DNA of 64,000 nt from Candidatus Latescibacterota bacterium (GCA_965204375.1 OZ241986.1:5760001-5824000); one strand, 5' to 3'; positions 8,565 through 18,950 are shown, numbered from the stretch's first letter. Notes: generated by a model not told the origin, from the sequence alone. A program made the numbers and translations.

Positions 8565-10733
8565 ATGAGCAGGGTAGCAGTTGGAGAATTGAATGTAGAT
8601 GCCGCGCTCTACGCATTGGTCAAAGACGAAATTGCGCCCGATACGGGCGTGGATGCAGAGGTTTTTTGGCAGGGGTTGGAAGAGATTGTAAGAGATCTGG
8701 GGCCGGAGAACCGGCGTTTATTGGAGAAACGCGATGTTTTGCAGGCTAAGATCGATGCCTGGCATAAGGGGCGCGAATCTATTGATGGGGAAGCGTACAG
8801 GGCATTTTTGCAGGAGATCGGGTATTTATTGCCCGAAGGGGATCATTTTCAGGTGTTGACAAATGGCGTTGATCCAGAGGTTGCGACAGTGGCGGGACCG
8901 CAACTGGTCGTGCCGGTGGATAATGCGCGTTATTGTTTGAATGCGGCCAATGCGCGCTGGGGCAGTTTGTACGATGCGGTGTATGGGACAGATGTGATTC
9001 CGGAGGATGATGGCGCGGATAAGGGAACGGCTTATAATCCCGTGCGCGGTGAGAAGGTGATTGCCAGAGCGAATGAATTTTTGGATGAGACTGTGCCGCT
9101 GTCCAATGGGTCTTATGTAGCAGTGACGGCGTTTGCTCTGGGTGAAGAGGGCGAGCAGAAGGTGCTCATCGCAGAGGTTGATGGTCGGGGTACAGGGCTG
9201 TCAGACCCGCATCAGTTTGTGGGTTATGCGGAGCGAGATGGGGCACTGTCCAGCGTGTTGTTGGCGCACAATGGGTTGCATATTGAGATTCAGATTGATC
9301 CGGGCCATCCCATTGGCAAAGACCATCCGGCAGGGGTGAAAGATGTGGTGCTGGAATCAGCAATTACCACGATTCAGGATTGTGAGGATTCCGTATCGGC
9401 TGTGGATGCCGCGGACAAGGTGCTCGTGTATCGCAACTGGTGCGGTTTGATGAAGGGGACGCTGGAGACGACTTTTGAAAAGAATGGACAACCTCTGAAT
9501 CGCAAATTGAATCCCGATAGGAATTATATCCGTCCAGATGGCGGTGCGTTGACATTGCCGGGGCGAAGCACGTTGCTGGTGCGAAATGTGGGTATTCACA
9601 TGTACACCGATGCGGTGACGACTGCCAACGGAGAGGCGATTCCCGAAGGGTTTCTGGATGTGATGGTAACGTCGCTGGCGGCTATTCACGATTTGAAGGG
9701 CAATGGCGTGTTTCAAAATAGCCGCTCGGGCAGCGTGTATATCGTAAAGCCCAAGATGCACGGTCCCGAAGAGGTGGCGGCGACGGTAGAATTATTCGGG
9801 CGTGTGGAAGATGCGCTTGGACTTGAGAGAAATACGCTGAAGATCGGGATTATGGATGAGGAACGGCGCACGACTGTCAATTTGAAACGCGCTATGTGGG
9901 AGGCCCGAGAGCGCGTCATTTTTATCAATACGGGATTTTTGGATCGCACGGGTGATGAGATGCACACGAGTATGGAAGCCGGTGCTATGCTTCCCAAGAA
10001 TGAAATTAAGGCGCAGCCGTGGTTGTCGGCTTATGAAGATTGGAATGTGGATGTGGGGATTGAGACGGGGTTGATCGGCAAAGGGCAAATTGGCAAGGGT
10101 ATGTGGGCGATGCCCGATGCGATGCGGGAGATGGTGGAGACGAAGATGAATCACCCCGAAGCAGGGGCGACTACTGCGTGGGTTCCTTCGCCGACGGCAG
10201 CCACATTGCATGCGATGCACTACCATCAGGTGAATGTTTCGGCGCGGCAGGCAGAACTCGCGAGGCGAGAACGCGCGAGTCTGGAGGCGATTTTGACGCC
10301 GCCTTTGCTGGATAGGGATCTGACGGCTGAGGAGATCGCGCAGGAATTGGATAATAACGCGCAGGGTATTTTGGGTTATGTGGTGCGCTGGGTCGATCAG
10401 GGTGTTGGCTGTTCTAAGGTGCCCGATATTCACGATGTAGGTCTGATGGAAGATCGCGCGACATTGCGTATTTCGAGCCAGCATATTGCCAACTGGCTGC
10501 ATCACGGGATTGTGAGTGCAGAGCAAGTCCGCGAGACTTTTGAGAAGATGGCAGCGGTTGTCGATCGGCAGAATGCGGGCGATCCGGCGTATCGCAATAT
10601 GGCTCCAAATTTTGATGAGAGTATTGCGTTTCAAGCGGCGCTCGATCTGGTTTTCAAGGGTCGCGAAGTGCCCAATGGATATACTGAACCGGTTTTACAC
10701 GTGCGACGGCGAGAGGTGAAGGGGGAAGTGTGA
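8565..10733 (+). CDS. glcB: Malate synthase G
   Basis: [77 protein letters not shown]; 722 aa. Confidence 0.97.
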   Translation: MSRVAVGELNVDAALYALVKDEIAPDTGVDAEVFWQGLEEIVRDLGPENRRLLEKRDVLQAKIDAWHKGRESIDGEAYRAFLQEIGYLLPEGDHFQVLTNGVDPEVATVAGPQLVVPVDNARYCLNAANARWGSLYDAVYGTDVIPEDDGADKGTAYNPVRGEKVIARANEFLDETVPLSNGSYVAVTAFALGEEGEQKVLIAEVDGRGTGLSDPHQFVGYAERDGALSSVLLAHNGLHIEIQIDPGHPIGKDHPAGVKDVVLESAITTIQDCEDSVSAVDAADKVLVYRNWCGLMKGTLETTFEKNGQPLNRKLNPDRNYIRPDGGALTLPGRSTLLVRNVGIHMYTDAVTTANGEAIPEGFLDVMVTSLAAIHDLKGNGVFQNSRSGSVYIVKPKMHGPEEVAATVELFGRVEDALGLERNTLKIGIMDEERRTTVNLKRAMWEARERVIFINTGFLDRTGDEMHTSMEAGAMLPKNEIKAQPWLSAYEDWNVDVGIETGLIGKGQIGKGMWAMPDAMREMVETKMNHPEAGATTAWVPSPTAATLHAMHYHQVNVSARQAELARRERASLEAILTPPLLDRDLTAEEIAQELDNNAQGILGYVVRWVDQGVGCSKVPDIHDVGLMEDRATLRISSQHIANWLHHGIVSAEQVRETFEKMAAVVDRQNAGDPAYRNMAPNFDESIAFQAALDLVFKGREVPNGYTEPVLHVRRREVKGEV

Positions 10734-10886
10734 AGTAGGAAGTGTGAAGGGTGAAGGGGGATTTCACACTAAGACACAAAGACGCAAAGATATAAGGGGA
10801 AGGTAAGAGGCAAAGAGGGGCTGGAGACTGGGGGCTGGGGCTGAGGAGGTGGTTGGGACTGACAACTGACAACTGGCTACTGAACT
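10718..10886. repeat. Composite short tandem repeats between glcB and coaX
   Basis: Six GAAGNNN heptamers 10718-10759 (they contain the glcB stop), then ACACTAAG/ACACAAAG/ACGCAAAG, GGGGCTG units and ACTGACA units. Confidence 0.8.
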
Positions 10887-11642
10887 ATGGGGCGAAAGCT
10901 GCTGGTTTTTGATGTGGGCAATTCGCGTTTGAAGGCGGCGTTATACGATGACGACCGTCTGATTGCGCGTGTGTCTATTAGCGGAGTTCAAGATGCGACA
11001 CAGGTCGTGAATGTGCTTGAATCGCGTTTTGCCCCGAGAGGGACGCCTGATCGGTGTTTGGTTGCTTCTGTGGTGCGCGGCGCAGATGAGGTGATCCACA
11101 AGGCGGTTCAGACGGTATGGGCGATAGCGCCGCAGGTGGTTGATACAGAGATGGATCTGGGGATTGATGTCTCTGTGCCCCGTCCCGACCATGTTGGTAT
11201 TGACCGGCTATTGCAGGCGAGCGAGGCGTTTCGCATTTGCGCGGGAAGTGTGGTTGTCGCTGCTTTTGGCTCTGCGCTGACTGTGGATCTGGTGACGGCA
11301 GATGGTGTTTTTCGCGGGGGGACGATTGCGCCGGGTTTGGGTATGGGGTTGCGCGCGCTGTACGATGAAACGAGTTTGCTTCCCCAGGTGGCGCTTCAAC
11401 CGCCGGATTCGGCTGTTGGGACGGATACGACTTCTTGTATCCGGGCGGGTGTTATTTATGGGGCTGCTGGTGCCGTCGAGCGACTGTTTAGTGAATTGGT
11501 TCCAGATGGGGGGGCGACGCTTGTTTTGACCGGGGGAGATGCCGAGTTGATTGCGCCTTTTGTGAAATTTCCTCATCGGGTGGAGCCAGATCTGGTCATG
11601 CGTGCGCTGGTTTCTTTAGATCGCAGGATTTTTGACGGTTAA
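10887..11642 (+). CDS. coaX: Type III pantothenate kinase
   Basis: DVGNSRLK, ASVV, VGIDR, FGSALTVD, GG.IAPG, LTGGDA. Confidence 0.93.
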   Translation: MGRKLLVFDVGNSRLKAALYDDDRLIARVSISGVQDATQVVNVLESRFAPRGTPDRCLVASVVRGADEVIHKAVQTVWAIAPQVVDTEMDLGIDVSVPRPDHVGIDRLLQASEAFRICAGSVVVAAFGSALTVDLVTADGVFRGGTIAPGLGMGLRALYDETSLLPQVALQPPDSAVGTDTTSCIRAGVIYGAAGAVERLFSELVPDGGATLVLTGGDAELIAPFVKFPHRVEPDLVMRALVSLDRRIFDG

Positions 11643-14347
11643 GGGGAAAAGGTTGTGGCGTTGAGGAGAACGATGCGGTCGCACGCGGTGGCGGGATAGT
11701 CCCTTACGGTGATGGTTTTTTCCGAGGCGGATTCGATTTCGTAGCCGGTGTCTGCGGCTAATAGATAGGTACCAGGGAGGGTATCGGGTTCGGACAGGGT
11801 TTGCGATATATGATAGGTGCGCTTGTCAATTGAGGTGACGTCGAGGGGGGTCTGCGCCTGCGGGAGTGTGAGGGTGTGACTGCCGCAGCGGAGTTCGGTG
11901 CCGCAGAGCAGATAAGCCCGTTGGAGATTGCCCTGATTGTCGATGGATGCATATGCAAATTGGCCTGTGATGGAGACGGGTCCGAGGTCGTGGATTGTGC
12001 CTTCTGGGGCTGAGAGAATGTAGTCGGTACAGTCGTCGCGTTTTACGGCTATTGCCATGGTGCTGGTGTCGGGGTCGTTCAGAATGAGATGTGCGGATTG
12101 GATGGGTGATTTGTTGGTGTAGGGTGCGATGACGGCGGCGTACTGACTATTTGTGTTCGCGTCGTGTTTGCGTTCGGCCAGGATTTGCTGGACGGGTGGG
12201 GCGTTGAGTTGGTCGCCCAGGTCCGAACGCCAGCCGGGCGCGTCTGCGAGCAGGAGGCGATGGATGGGGTTGAGCAGGGTGAGGTCCATTCGCAGGTCCT
12301 GGTTTTGCCATGTGGCGGTGAAGGGGGCTTGGGGATGGTCGGCTCGGATGTTGTCGAGCCATTCGATTTGTTCGTCAACGGGTTGGGGATCGGCACCGCG
12401 AATGTCCGTGAGGTGGCCGTTGCAGTGGAAGCCATACTGGTGGAGATTGCCGCCGTTTATTCGGAAGATGTCGATGGCGTAGGTCTGTTCGCCGGGGATC
12501 TGGATGAGCGCACAGGTGCGCTGGTAGCGATCGCACTGTTCGTAAGGGGCGGCGGATGCCTGGACGATTTCGACGCCTGCGCCCGTGCCGAAGAGTTGTA
12601 GAGTGGCGGGTTTTGGGTTGCCGCTCTGGTTTTGGGCGTCAACGGTGACGATGTTGTGGGAGAGGGTGCTTTTGGTCCAGGCATTTCTGGGGTCGTCCCA
12701 GATATAACCCCTGTCTGCAGCCATTTCTCGCCCCTGGGCGATGTAGATGATGCCCAGGCTGTCGTAGTGGCGATGGCCGCCATAGCCATAACCGTTGAAG
12801 TAGAAGGCGGTGTGGCCTTTCGGGTTTCCGCCGCGCAGGACAGCGACGTGCCAGCCGGGGAACCATTCGGTGTGGTGGGGCAGGTCGGTATTTTGTTCGG
12901 CTATCAGATCGGGATCCCGATGCCAGAGGGCGTATTCGTCGCCTTTTTGTGAGAGGGGGGCGTTCTGCGATTTTTCCAGCAGGCCGGCGTAGCGATTGCC
13001 GTAGTGGGCGCTCAGGACTTCGGCGTAGATGGGGTCAATGCCTCGGCCTTCCCGGGAGTCTCCGATGACGGGGTCTTGCAGGTTTGGGTCGAGCATGCGG
13101 ACCATGCTTTCCAGAGCCAGGCGGTAGCGGTCAAAGTGTTGAAAGGGGTCCAGGTTTTTGAGGACTGGACCGGTTTCGGGTTCGTAGCCGTCGGGGTCGG
13201 AGTATCCGACGAGCAGTTCTGGTATGTCGCGCAACAGGTTGAGGTGCATGGCGGAATAGGAGGGGGATTCGGTGCAGAAGCCGTCGAAGTGGAAGGCATC
13301 TTCGAGGAGGGTTTCAAGGCCTTCGATGGCGCGGCGCACGCTTTGCGGTTTGTTGCAGAGTATGCCAACGGCGGCACTTAGTGCGCGGCCAGGACCACAT
13401 TTGTTGTTGATTTCGCTCCAGTTTTCGGTGTCTGCACAGCCTGATAGGATGAGGTCGTTGACGATGCGTTGATCCATTTCGGGTGTGAGGACGGGTGAGC
13501 CATCTGGATACTGGGCAGTTCGAATGAGGTCGTAGGATAGGGTGACCTGGAGAATGGCTCCGCCATCGGAGCCGCTGCAGCCAAAGCGTCCGGCGCCCCA
13601 GAAGCCGTTGTTGAGGATGGCATGGTCGGCCTCGCGATGGCGACCTTCAAAGGCGGTGATGATGGTTTCGACGGGAAAACGCCCGGCACGGGGATATTTG
13701 CCCAGGGAGATGGCGGCTTCGGCTGGCGGGCAATCCGCTATGGTGCCGTCGTAGGAGTGGAAGAGCCAGTTGGGGTATCGCCGCGCCATGCAGTCCAGGA
13801 TCCAGGCGCACCGCTGGGCGTATAATACGTCATCCGTGAGGGCGTATAATTTGGCAAGCGGTAGCATTTGTTCAAAGATCCAGCGGCTTTTTTTTGTGCG
13901 GATGATGCCGGTCCAGCTCGTGTGTACGGGCCACCGGACCCATTTGAAGGCGTGTTTGCCCGATTTGTCTTCGGGGTGGGCGCGTTCTTCGTCGGTGAGG
14001 TAGTAGGTGAAGGTTTGGTTCATTCTGGGCGCGGTGATGCTGCCGATTTCGGGATAGTTGGTGTTGGGGTATTCGGTTTTGCAGTATTTGCAGATGAGCC
14101 TGTCTGGATCGGTGGGATCCCATTCGTACAGGCCGGTTTCGCCCATGGAGGAGAGGCGGTTGACGCAGGCGGGACAGTTCTGGCCGTATTCGGGCCAGGG
14201 GGTGAGTTCGGGCATCATGGTGTCGATAAAGTCGCGGTTCTGGTCCATGAGGTGGGCAACCTGTTGTTTCCAGTCTTCGAGGATGGCCTGCGCCCAGGGA
14301 TAGCGTCTGAGGTTTTCACGGGCGTTTTCGACGTTGAGGAGGGGCAT
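11639..14347 (-). CDS. Heparinase II/III-like polysaccharide lyase with CxxC..CxxC insertion
   Basis: DGF..ESPSY, GGHRHYDSL, DRGY, HNIVTVD, Y.RT, D.FR..GG..H.Y; ATG 14347 follows AGGAG. Confidence 0.75.
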   Translation of the reverse strand: MPLLNVENARENLRRYPWAQAILEDWKQQVAHLMDQNRDFIDTMMPELTPWPEYGQNCPACVNRLSSMGETGLYEWDPTDPDRLICKYCKTEYPNTNYPEIGSITAPRMNQTFTYYLTDEERAHPEDKSGKHAFKWVRWPVHTSWTGIIRTKKSRWIFEQMLPLAKLYALTDDVLYAQRCAWILDCMARRYPNWLFHSYDGTIADCPPAEAAISLGKYPRAGRFPVETIITAFEGRHREADHAILNNGFWGAGRFGCSGSDGGAILQVTLSYDLIRTAQYPDGSPVLTPEMDQRIVNDLILSGCADTENWSEINNKCGPGRALSAAVGILCNKPQSVRRAIEGLETLLEDAFHFDGFCTESPSYSAMHLNLLRDIPELLVGYSDPDGYEPETGPVLKNLDPFQHFDRYRLALESMVRMLDPNLQDPVIGDSREGRGIDPIYAEVLSAHYGNRYAGLLEKSQNAPLSQKGDEYALWHRDPDLIAEQNTDLPHHTEWFPGWHVAVLRGGNPKGHTAFYFNGYGYGGHRHYDSLGIIYIAQGREMAADRGYIWDDPRNAWTKSTLSHNIVTVDAQNQSGNPKPATLQLFGTGAGVEIVQASAAPYEQCDRYQRTCALIQIPGEQTYAIDIFRINGGNLHQYGFHCNGHLTDIRGADPQPVDEQIEWLDNIRADHPQAPFTATWQNQDLRMDLTLLNPIHRLLLADAPGWRSDLGDQLNAPPVQQILAERKHDANTNSQYAAVIAPYTNKSPIQSAHLILNDPDTSTMAIAVKRDDCTDYILSAPEGTIHDLGPVSITGQFAYASIDNQGNLQRAYLLCGTELRCGSHTLTLPQAQTPLDVTSIDKRTYHISQTLSEPDTLPGTYLLAADTGYEIESASEKTITVRDYPATACDRIVLLNATTFSP

Positions 14348-14551
14348 GGGTACTCCTGTGGAACGCGTTGGTTTTATCGCTTTTACTTTTTGCAATATAT
14401 TGAGAAATAGACTTTGTGTCTAACCAAAGAATGGACGCACGATATAACTGTTTGTATCTCATTTCTTGCGTCTTGTATCTCTCTTTTGTAATATTTTCAC
14501 TGACCAGACGCGTAATACCAGAATACAGGCTATTTATTTTGGAGGAATACG

Positions 14552-15589
14552 ATGGGAAAGCAGCAGATAGCAGCAACAACGCTCAATAAAGACGATTTGA
14601 TCGTTATTTGCGGGGCGGGTGGTTTTATTGCTGGTGCGCTGACGCGATATTTTCATGAACAGGAGTTTGTGCGGCTTCGCGCTGTTGATAAGAAGCCTTT
14701 GCCCGAATGGTACCAGCGCGTGCCGGGGGTGGAGAATCTGTGTTTGGATTTGAGCGATGAAGATAATTGCAAACGCGCCGTTGAAGGGGCTGCTGAAGTT
14801 TACAATCTCGCGGCGGATATGGGTGGGATGGGGTTTATTGAGCGATTCAGGGTCGAGTGTTTGCGGAGTATTCTCATTAATACTCATCTGATTGAAGCAG
14901 CTTATTGGGCAGGTGTTGAGCGGTATTTCTTTTCTTCTTCTGCCTGCGCGTATAATACTGAATTGCAGGAGGATCCCAATGTGCGCGCACTCAAAGAATC
15001 AGATGCGTATCCGGCTATGGCAGAGCGCGGATACGGTTGGGAGAAGTTGGTTTCGGAGATGTTTTGTGAGGAGTACTGGTCAGAGCGCGGGATGAAGACC
15101 GCGATTGCGCGGTTTCACAATGTGTATGGTCCTTATGGGACGTGGGATGGCGGACGAGAGAAGGCACCTGCAGCGCTTTGCCGCAAAGCGATTGAGGCCA
15201 AAGATAGCGGCAATCTCGAGATTGATATTTGGGGCGATGGCAACCAGACGCGCAGTTTTATGTATGTTGACGATTGTATTAAAGGCGTCGATATGATTAT
15301 GCACAGTGAAGACTTGATTGCAACGCCTATCAATCTGGGTTCGAGTGAATTGGTTTCTATCAATGAACTGGTGAGTGTTATTGAGGAGATCGGCGATGTT
15401 AAACTCAATCGCACGTATGATTTGACTGCGCCTCAGGGCGTTGCCGGGCGCAATAGTGACAATACCATGATTAAAGAGATTCTCGACTGGGAGCCAGATA
15501 CCTCTTTGTGCGATGGTATGGCTAAGACTTATGCCTGGATTGCACAACAATATGCGGACCGCAAAGCGGGTAAGCGAACGGTGAGTTGA
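14552..15589 (+). CDS. GDP-mannose 3,5-epimerase-like extended SDR
   Basis: GAGGFIA, NLAADMGGMGFI, SSSACAY, YGWEK, RFHNVYGP.GTW.GGREKAPAA.CRK, GV.GRNSDN. Confidence 0.88.
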   Translation: MGKQQIAATTLNKDDLIVICGAGGFIAGALTRYFHEQEFVRLRAVDKKPLPEWYQRVPGVENLCLDLSDEDNCKRAVEGAAEVYNLAADMGGMGFIERFRVECLRSILINTHLIEAAYWAGVERYFFSSSACAYNTELQEDPNVRALKESDAYPAMAERGYGWEKLVSEMFCEEYWSERGMKTAIARFHNVYGPYGTWDGGREKAPAALCRKAIEAKDSGNLEIDIWGDGNQTRSFMYVDDCIKGVDMIMHSEDLIATPINLGSSELVSINELVSVIEEIGDVKLNRTYDLTAPQGVAGRNSDNTMIKEILDWEPDTSLCDGMAKTYAWIAQQYADRKAGKRTVS

Positions 15590-15591
15590 GA

Positions 15592-15716
15592 GAAGTGTGA
15601 AGTAGGAAGTGTGAAGTGTGAAGTAGGAAGTGTGGAACGATGTACAATTGGTCGCATTCCAGACCAATTCACTGTGAAGAAGCACCCGCCATCTGCGTTC
15701 ATCTGCGGATGCTTTT
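15592..15716. repeat. GAAGTGT/GAAGTAG heptamer array plus two hairpins
   Basis: Six heptamers 15592-15633; AATTGGTC..GACCAATT; AAGCACCCGC..GCGGATGCTT with CATCTGCG repeats in the loop. Confidence 0.85.
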
Positions 15717-15726
15717 GGAGAATTAT

Positions 15727-16518
15727 ATGGGCAAAGATATTACGAGCGTTATTGGCAATATTCCCTTTCGCATGGCTTTTGCCGGTGGATGGATTGATCA
15801 GCCATTTTTGTCGCAGCACAATCCATCGCCTCCCGGGTCTATGGTTGTGGTTTCGCTTGAGCCGACCAGTCGTTTTATGAATCGCTGCGGTATGGCGACG
15901 AGTACGAGAGATGTTGCGATGAAGCTCTGGGGTTCTACGTTTCCCGATCGCGCGCCGTCCGATCTGGTGAAGGAATTGTACACGGTTGAAAATGAAGGCA
16001 AGGCCGAGCCGTCGGGGTCGCAAGATATGATTGGGTTGATTTATCCAGGTGTGAGCAGGCTCGACTACGATTGCGATTACGAGGGGGGGTATTTTCCGGT
16101 CCATATCGAGTCCAATAACGATCCCGATGTCGCGCGTTGGCTCGAAGGTGTGATCTATATGGTTCCCGTTGCCCCGCGGCCCGATGGATATGAGCCGTTG
16201 GGTGAAAAAAATTTAGATCTGAGATGGATTGATAGATTGAGTCAGTCGGGCAAGGATTGTTATGATGCGATTATTGCCCGAGATGCGCGGGGATTGGGCG
16301 CGTCTCTGAATGAGTGTATGGTGTGCTGGGAGACGCTTTTGCCACATACGGTGCGGCACTCAACTATCCGGATTGATCTGATGGGTATTCTGGAATATTA
16401 TCAGTCGAGATATGTCGGGGCGATGTATTCTGGCTGTGGCGGTGGGTATATTTACGTTGTGTCTGAAGAACCCGTGCCGGGTGCTCTTCGCGTGGATGTC
16501 CGATATGACAGAGGGTAG
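15727..16518 (+). CDS. Divergent GHMP-family sugar kinase
   Basis: PFRMAFAGGWID (cf. P.R..F.GG.TD), GMATS, GSQD, SGCGGG; ATG follows GGAG. Confidence 0.6.
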   Translation: MGKDITSVIGNIPFRMAFAGGWIDQPFLSQHNPSPPGSMVVVSLEPTSRFMNRCGMATSTRDVAMKLWGSTFPDRAPSDLVKELYTVENEGKAEPSGSQDMIGLIYPGVSRLDYDCDYEGGYFPVHIESNNDPDVARWLEGVIYMVPVAPRPDGYEPLGEKNLDLRWIDRLSQSGKDCYDAIIARDARGLGASLNECMVCWETLLPHTVRHSTIRIDLMGILEYYQSRYVGAMYSGCGGGYIYVVSEEPVPGALRVDVRYDRG

Positions 16519-16521
16519 TGT

Positions 16522-17319
16522 ATGAAGACGGTCATTGTTTCAGGCAGTTTTGACGATATGAGGGCGCGCGATATACGTTTTTTGCAAGAGGCTTCCAGAT
16601 ACGGATGTCTTCACGCGCTGGTATGGGGGGATGGTGCCATTGAGGGGCGACCCAAATTTCCACAAGAAGAGCGCATGTATATGATGGATGCGATTCGCTA
16701 TGTGGACCGCGCGACGCTTGTGACGGAGTTGGGAGATAAAGATGGTCTTCCCGATACGATTCAGGCAGATGTTTGGGTGGTGGATGAGCGAGACGATACG
16801 CCGCAGAGACGACATTTTTGTGATGTGCACGATATCGCATATCGCGTTTTGACCGCAGATGATGTTAGAGGTTTTCCGATAGGGGAGACAGCGGATGGGG
16901 ATGCGCAAAATAAAAAAGTTATTGTTACGGGGTGTTTTGACTGGTTTCACTCCGGGCATATCCGATTTTTTGAAGAGGTGTCGGAGTTGGGCGATTTGTA
17001 CGTTGTTGTGGGTCACGATGCCAATGTCCGTTTGCTCAAAGGCGAACATCATCCGATGTTCGATGAAGACGAACGACGGTATGTGGTGCAATCCGTCCGT
17101 TTTGTCAAACAGGGGCTTATTTCATCTGGCGACGGATGGATGGATGCCGCGCCTGAGATTGATGTTATTAAACCGGATATTTATGCGGTGAATGAAGATG
17201 GCGATAAGCTGGAGAAGAGAGTTTTTTGCGAGGAACACGGTCTGGAATACGTCGTGTTAAAACGCGCGCCAAAGGAGGGATTGCCCCGCAGAGAAAGTAC
17301 GGTTTTGCGGGGGTTTTGA
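16522..17319 (+). CDS. Tandem two-domain cytidylyl/nucleotidyltransferase
   Basis: Domain 1 SGSFDDMRARD (HxGH lost)...EER...AIRYVD; domain 2 TGCFDWFHSGH...DER....VRFV; C-terminal RREST. Confidence 0.82.
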   Translation: MKTVIVSGSFDDMRARDIRFLQEASRYGCLHALVWGDGAIEGRPKFPQEERMYMMDAIRYVDRATLVTELGDKDGLPDTIQADVWVVDERDDTPQRRHFCDVHDIAYRVLTADDVRGFPIGETADGDAQNKKVIVTGCFDWFHSGHIRFFEEVSELGDLYVVVGHDANVRLLKGEHHPMFDEDERRYVVQSVRFVKQGLISSGDGWMDAAPEIDVIKPDIYAVNEDGDKLEKRVFCEEHGLEYVVLKRAPKEGLPRRESTVLRGF

Positions 17320-17361
17320 TTTTTCCACAATGAAACTTTATCGCGGAGCGTTTTGTCTTTT

Positions 17362-17396
17362 TATGTAGTTGCGGGTTTCAAACCCGCAACTACATA
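17362..17396. repeat. Perfect GTAG-type REP-like palindrome
   Basis: TATGTAGTTGCGGGTTT-C-AAACCCGCAACTACATA, 17-bp arms. Confidence 0.85.
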
Positions 17397-17417
17397 CACA
17401 AATAACAGGATTGTGCG

Positions 17418-18950
17418 ATGTCAAATATTCTTTTCGATAAATACGATCTCGAATCCTATCTCAAGAAGCTTGGCTTCGACAGGGAACTCGCTTATAGACT
17501 CTGGTGTTATCGCAATGGGTTGGATACCGGTCTGGATAAAACTGCTGCTCAACGCAGGGCAGAAATTGATCTTATGCAACGCGAGGTTGAGCAGCGCGAT
17601 CCCGATGTTAGCCCGAGGCACAATGCCCACCGCGCCAAATTTATCGCCCGTATCTTTAAAGGCGAGCTTCAGGACGAGACTGTTTCAGATTTGCTCTTTC
17701 GCATTCGCGCGATTTACAATAATCTCGACGGTGATCCCGATGCGCAACGAGCATTGGGTCGCCTTGTTCTGCATGTTGAAAAATACGGCGATTTGATGCG
17801 GCCCGCACGCGCCTGCAAGCGTTTTGGTCATACGGTTGTCAATACCTATATCGCCGCTCTTGAGCAACTCGCTCGCAATCACACAGATTGGATTCGGCCC
17901 GTTGAGGATTGGCGACCTGGTAGCTATAAACCAGCGCACCAATTCTATAGCCTTGCGCGTCATCTTCTGGCACAATACGATGTGCCCGCATTTTTTGATA
18001 CGGCATTTTTGCAGGGCAATACACCAAAGGCGCGACAGGAACAAGCGTGGTTTATTCACGTTGGCATGGGGCAAAATATCCGCACAGCCGGTGTGCCTAT
18101 GCGGATTACAAAGCGCATGGCGCATTTGCTTTTGCAAGAAAAACGCAGTTATCACACCGTTGTTCAGTGCCTTCGCAAGGTTCAGTACATAGCTTATGGC
18201 GGCAACCCGAAAAGTGCCTGGGAAATTGCCCATGGGCCTCTGGGGGAAGGATTCGAGAACGAAGATTTTTGGGAGACTGTTGTCCATTTTCTCGCCAATC
18301 AGGCTTTTCTTGAACGCAGCTATATCAATCCCATTATCGACTATATCCGCAATCAAAAATTCACGCCCCAGCGCATTCCACAACCCGACGGTACGGAGAT
18401 CGAAGGGCCGCCGCTACATCCCAATTTTTGTATGAAGGGCCGCAGTATTAACAAGCTTCTCCGCCAGGTCGATGTGTGGCATCAAGAGCTTACGGGTCTG
18501 GAAGATGTCGAATTGGAAATTTGGGCGTCCTCTGGCTTTAGGGAGTTTGAACATGTGACACTGGACCCCAGGCTCAAACGCAATATTCAGTGGACGGTTC
18601 ACGAACTCATTACTTCGCAACAACTCTACGCCGAGGGGCGCATTATGCATCACTGCGCGGGGTCTTATGCCAAACGCTGTGCGGCGGGTGAGAGATCTCT
18701 CTGGTCTTTGCGCGCGATCGATCTCGACGCTGCCGAAGAAAATCAGGTGCAGGAGCATGTGCTTACTATTGAGGTCGATAATAAGAAAAAATCCGTCGTT
18801 CAAAACGCCGGCAAATTCAATCTCAAACCCTTTGGCAAAAAACATCTCGCCAAACAACGCCAAACGGGAAATGTTTACCTCCATCTCCTCCGCGAGGCGC
18901 CGACGATTATGCGCCTGTGGATGAATCGCGAAGGGTTGTCCCATGGATAA
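17418..18950 (+). CDS. PcfJ-domain protein
   Basis: W.RP...W, L.RHL...Y.VP.F, WF...G.G.N.R, EL.....L..EG..M.HC..SY...C..G....W.LR...TIEV. Confidence 0.75.
   Translation: MSNILFDKYDLESYLKKLGFDRELAYRLWCYRNGLDTGLDKTAAQRRAEIDLMQREVEQRDPDVSPRHNAHRAKFIARIFKGELQDETVSDLLFRIRAIYNNLDGDPDAQRALGRLVLHVEKYGDLMRPARACKRFGHTVVNTYIAALEQLARNHTDWIRPVEDWRPGSYKPAHQFYSLARHLLAQYDVPAFFDTAFLQGNTPKARQEQAWFIHVGMGQNIRTAGVPMRITKRMAHLLLQEKRSYHTVVQCLRKVQYIAYGGNPKSAWEIAHGPLGEGFENEDFWETVVHFLANQAFLERSYINPIIDYIRNQKFTPQRIPQPDGTEIEGPPLHPNFCMKGRSINKLLRQVDVWHQELTGLEDVELEIWASSGFREFEHVTLDPRLKRNIQWTVHELITSQQLYAEGRIMHHCAGSYAKRCAAGERSLWSLRAIDLDAAEENQVQEHVLTIEVDNKKKSVVQNAGKFNLKPFGKKHLAKQRQTGNVYLHLLREAPTIMRLWMNREGLSHG

Noticed and set aside
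8438-15716. Tandem arrays as CRISPR
   Set aside because: Units are 7-10 bp with no unique spacers, and no cas genes are present
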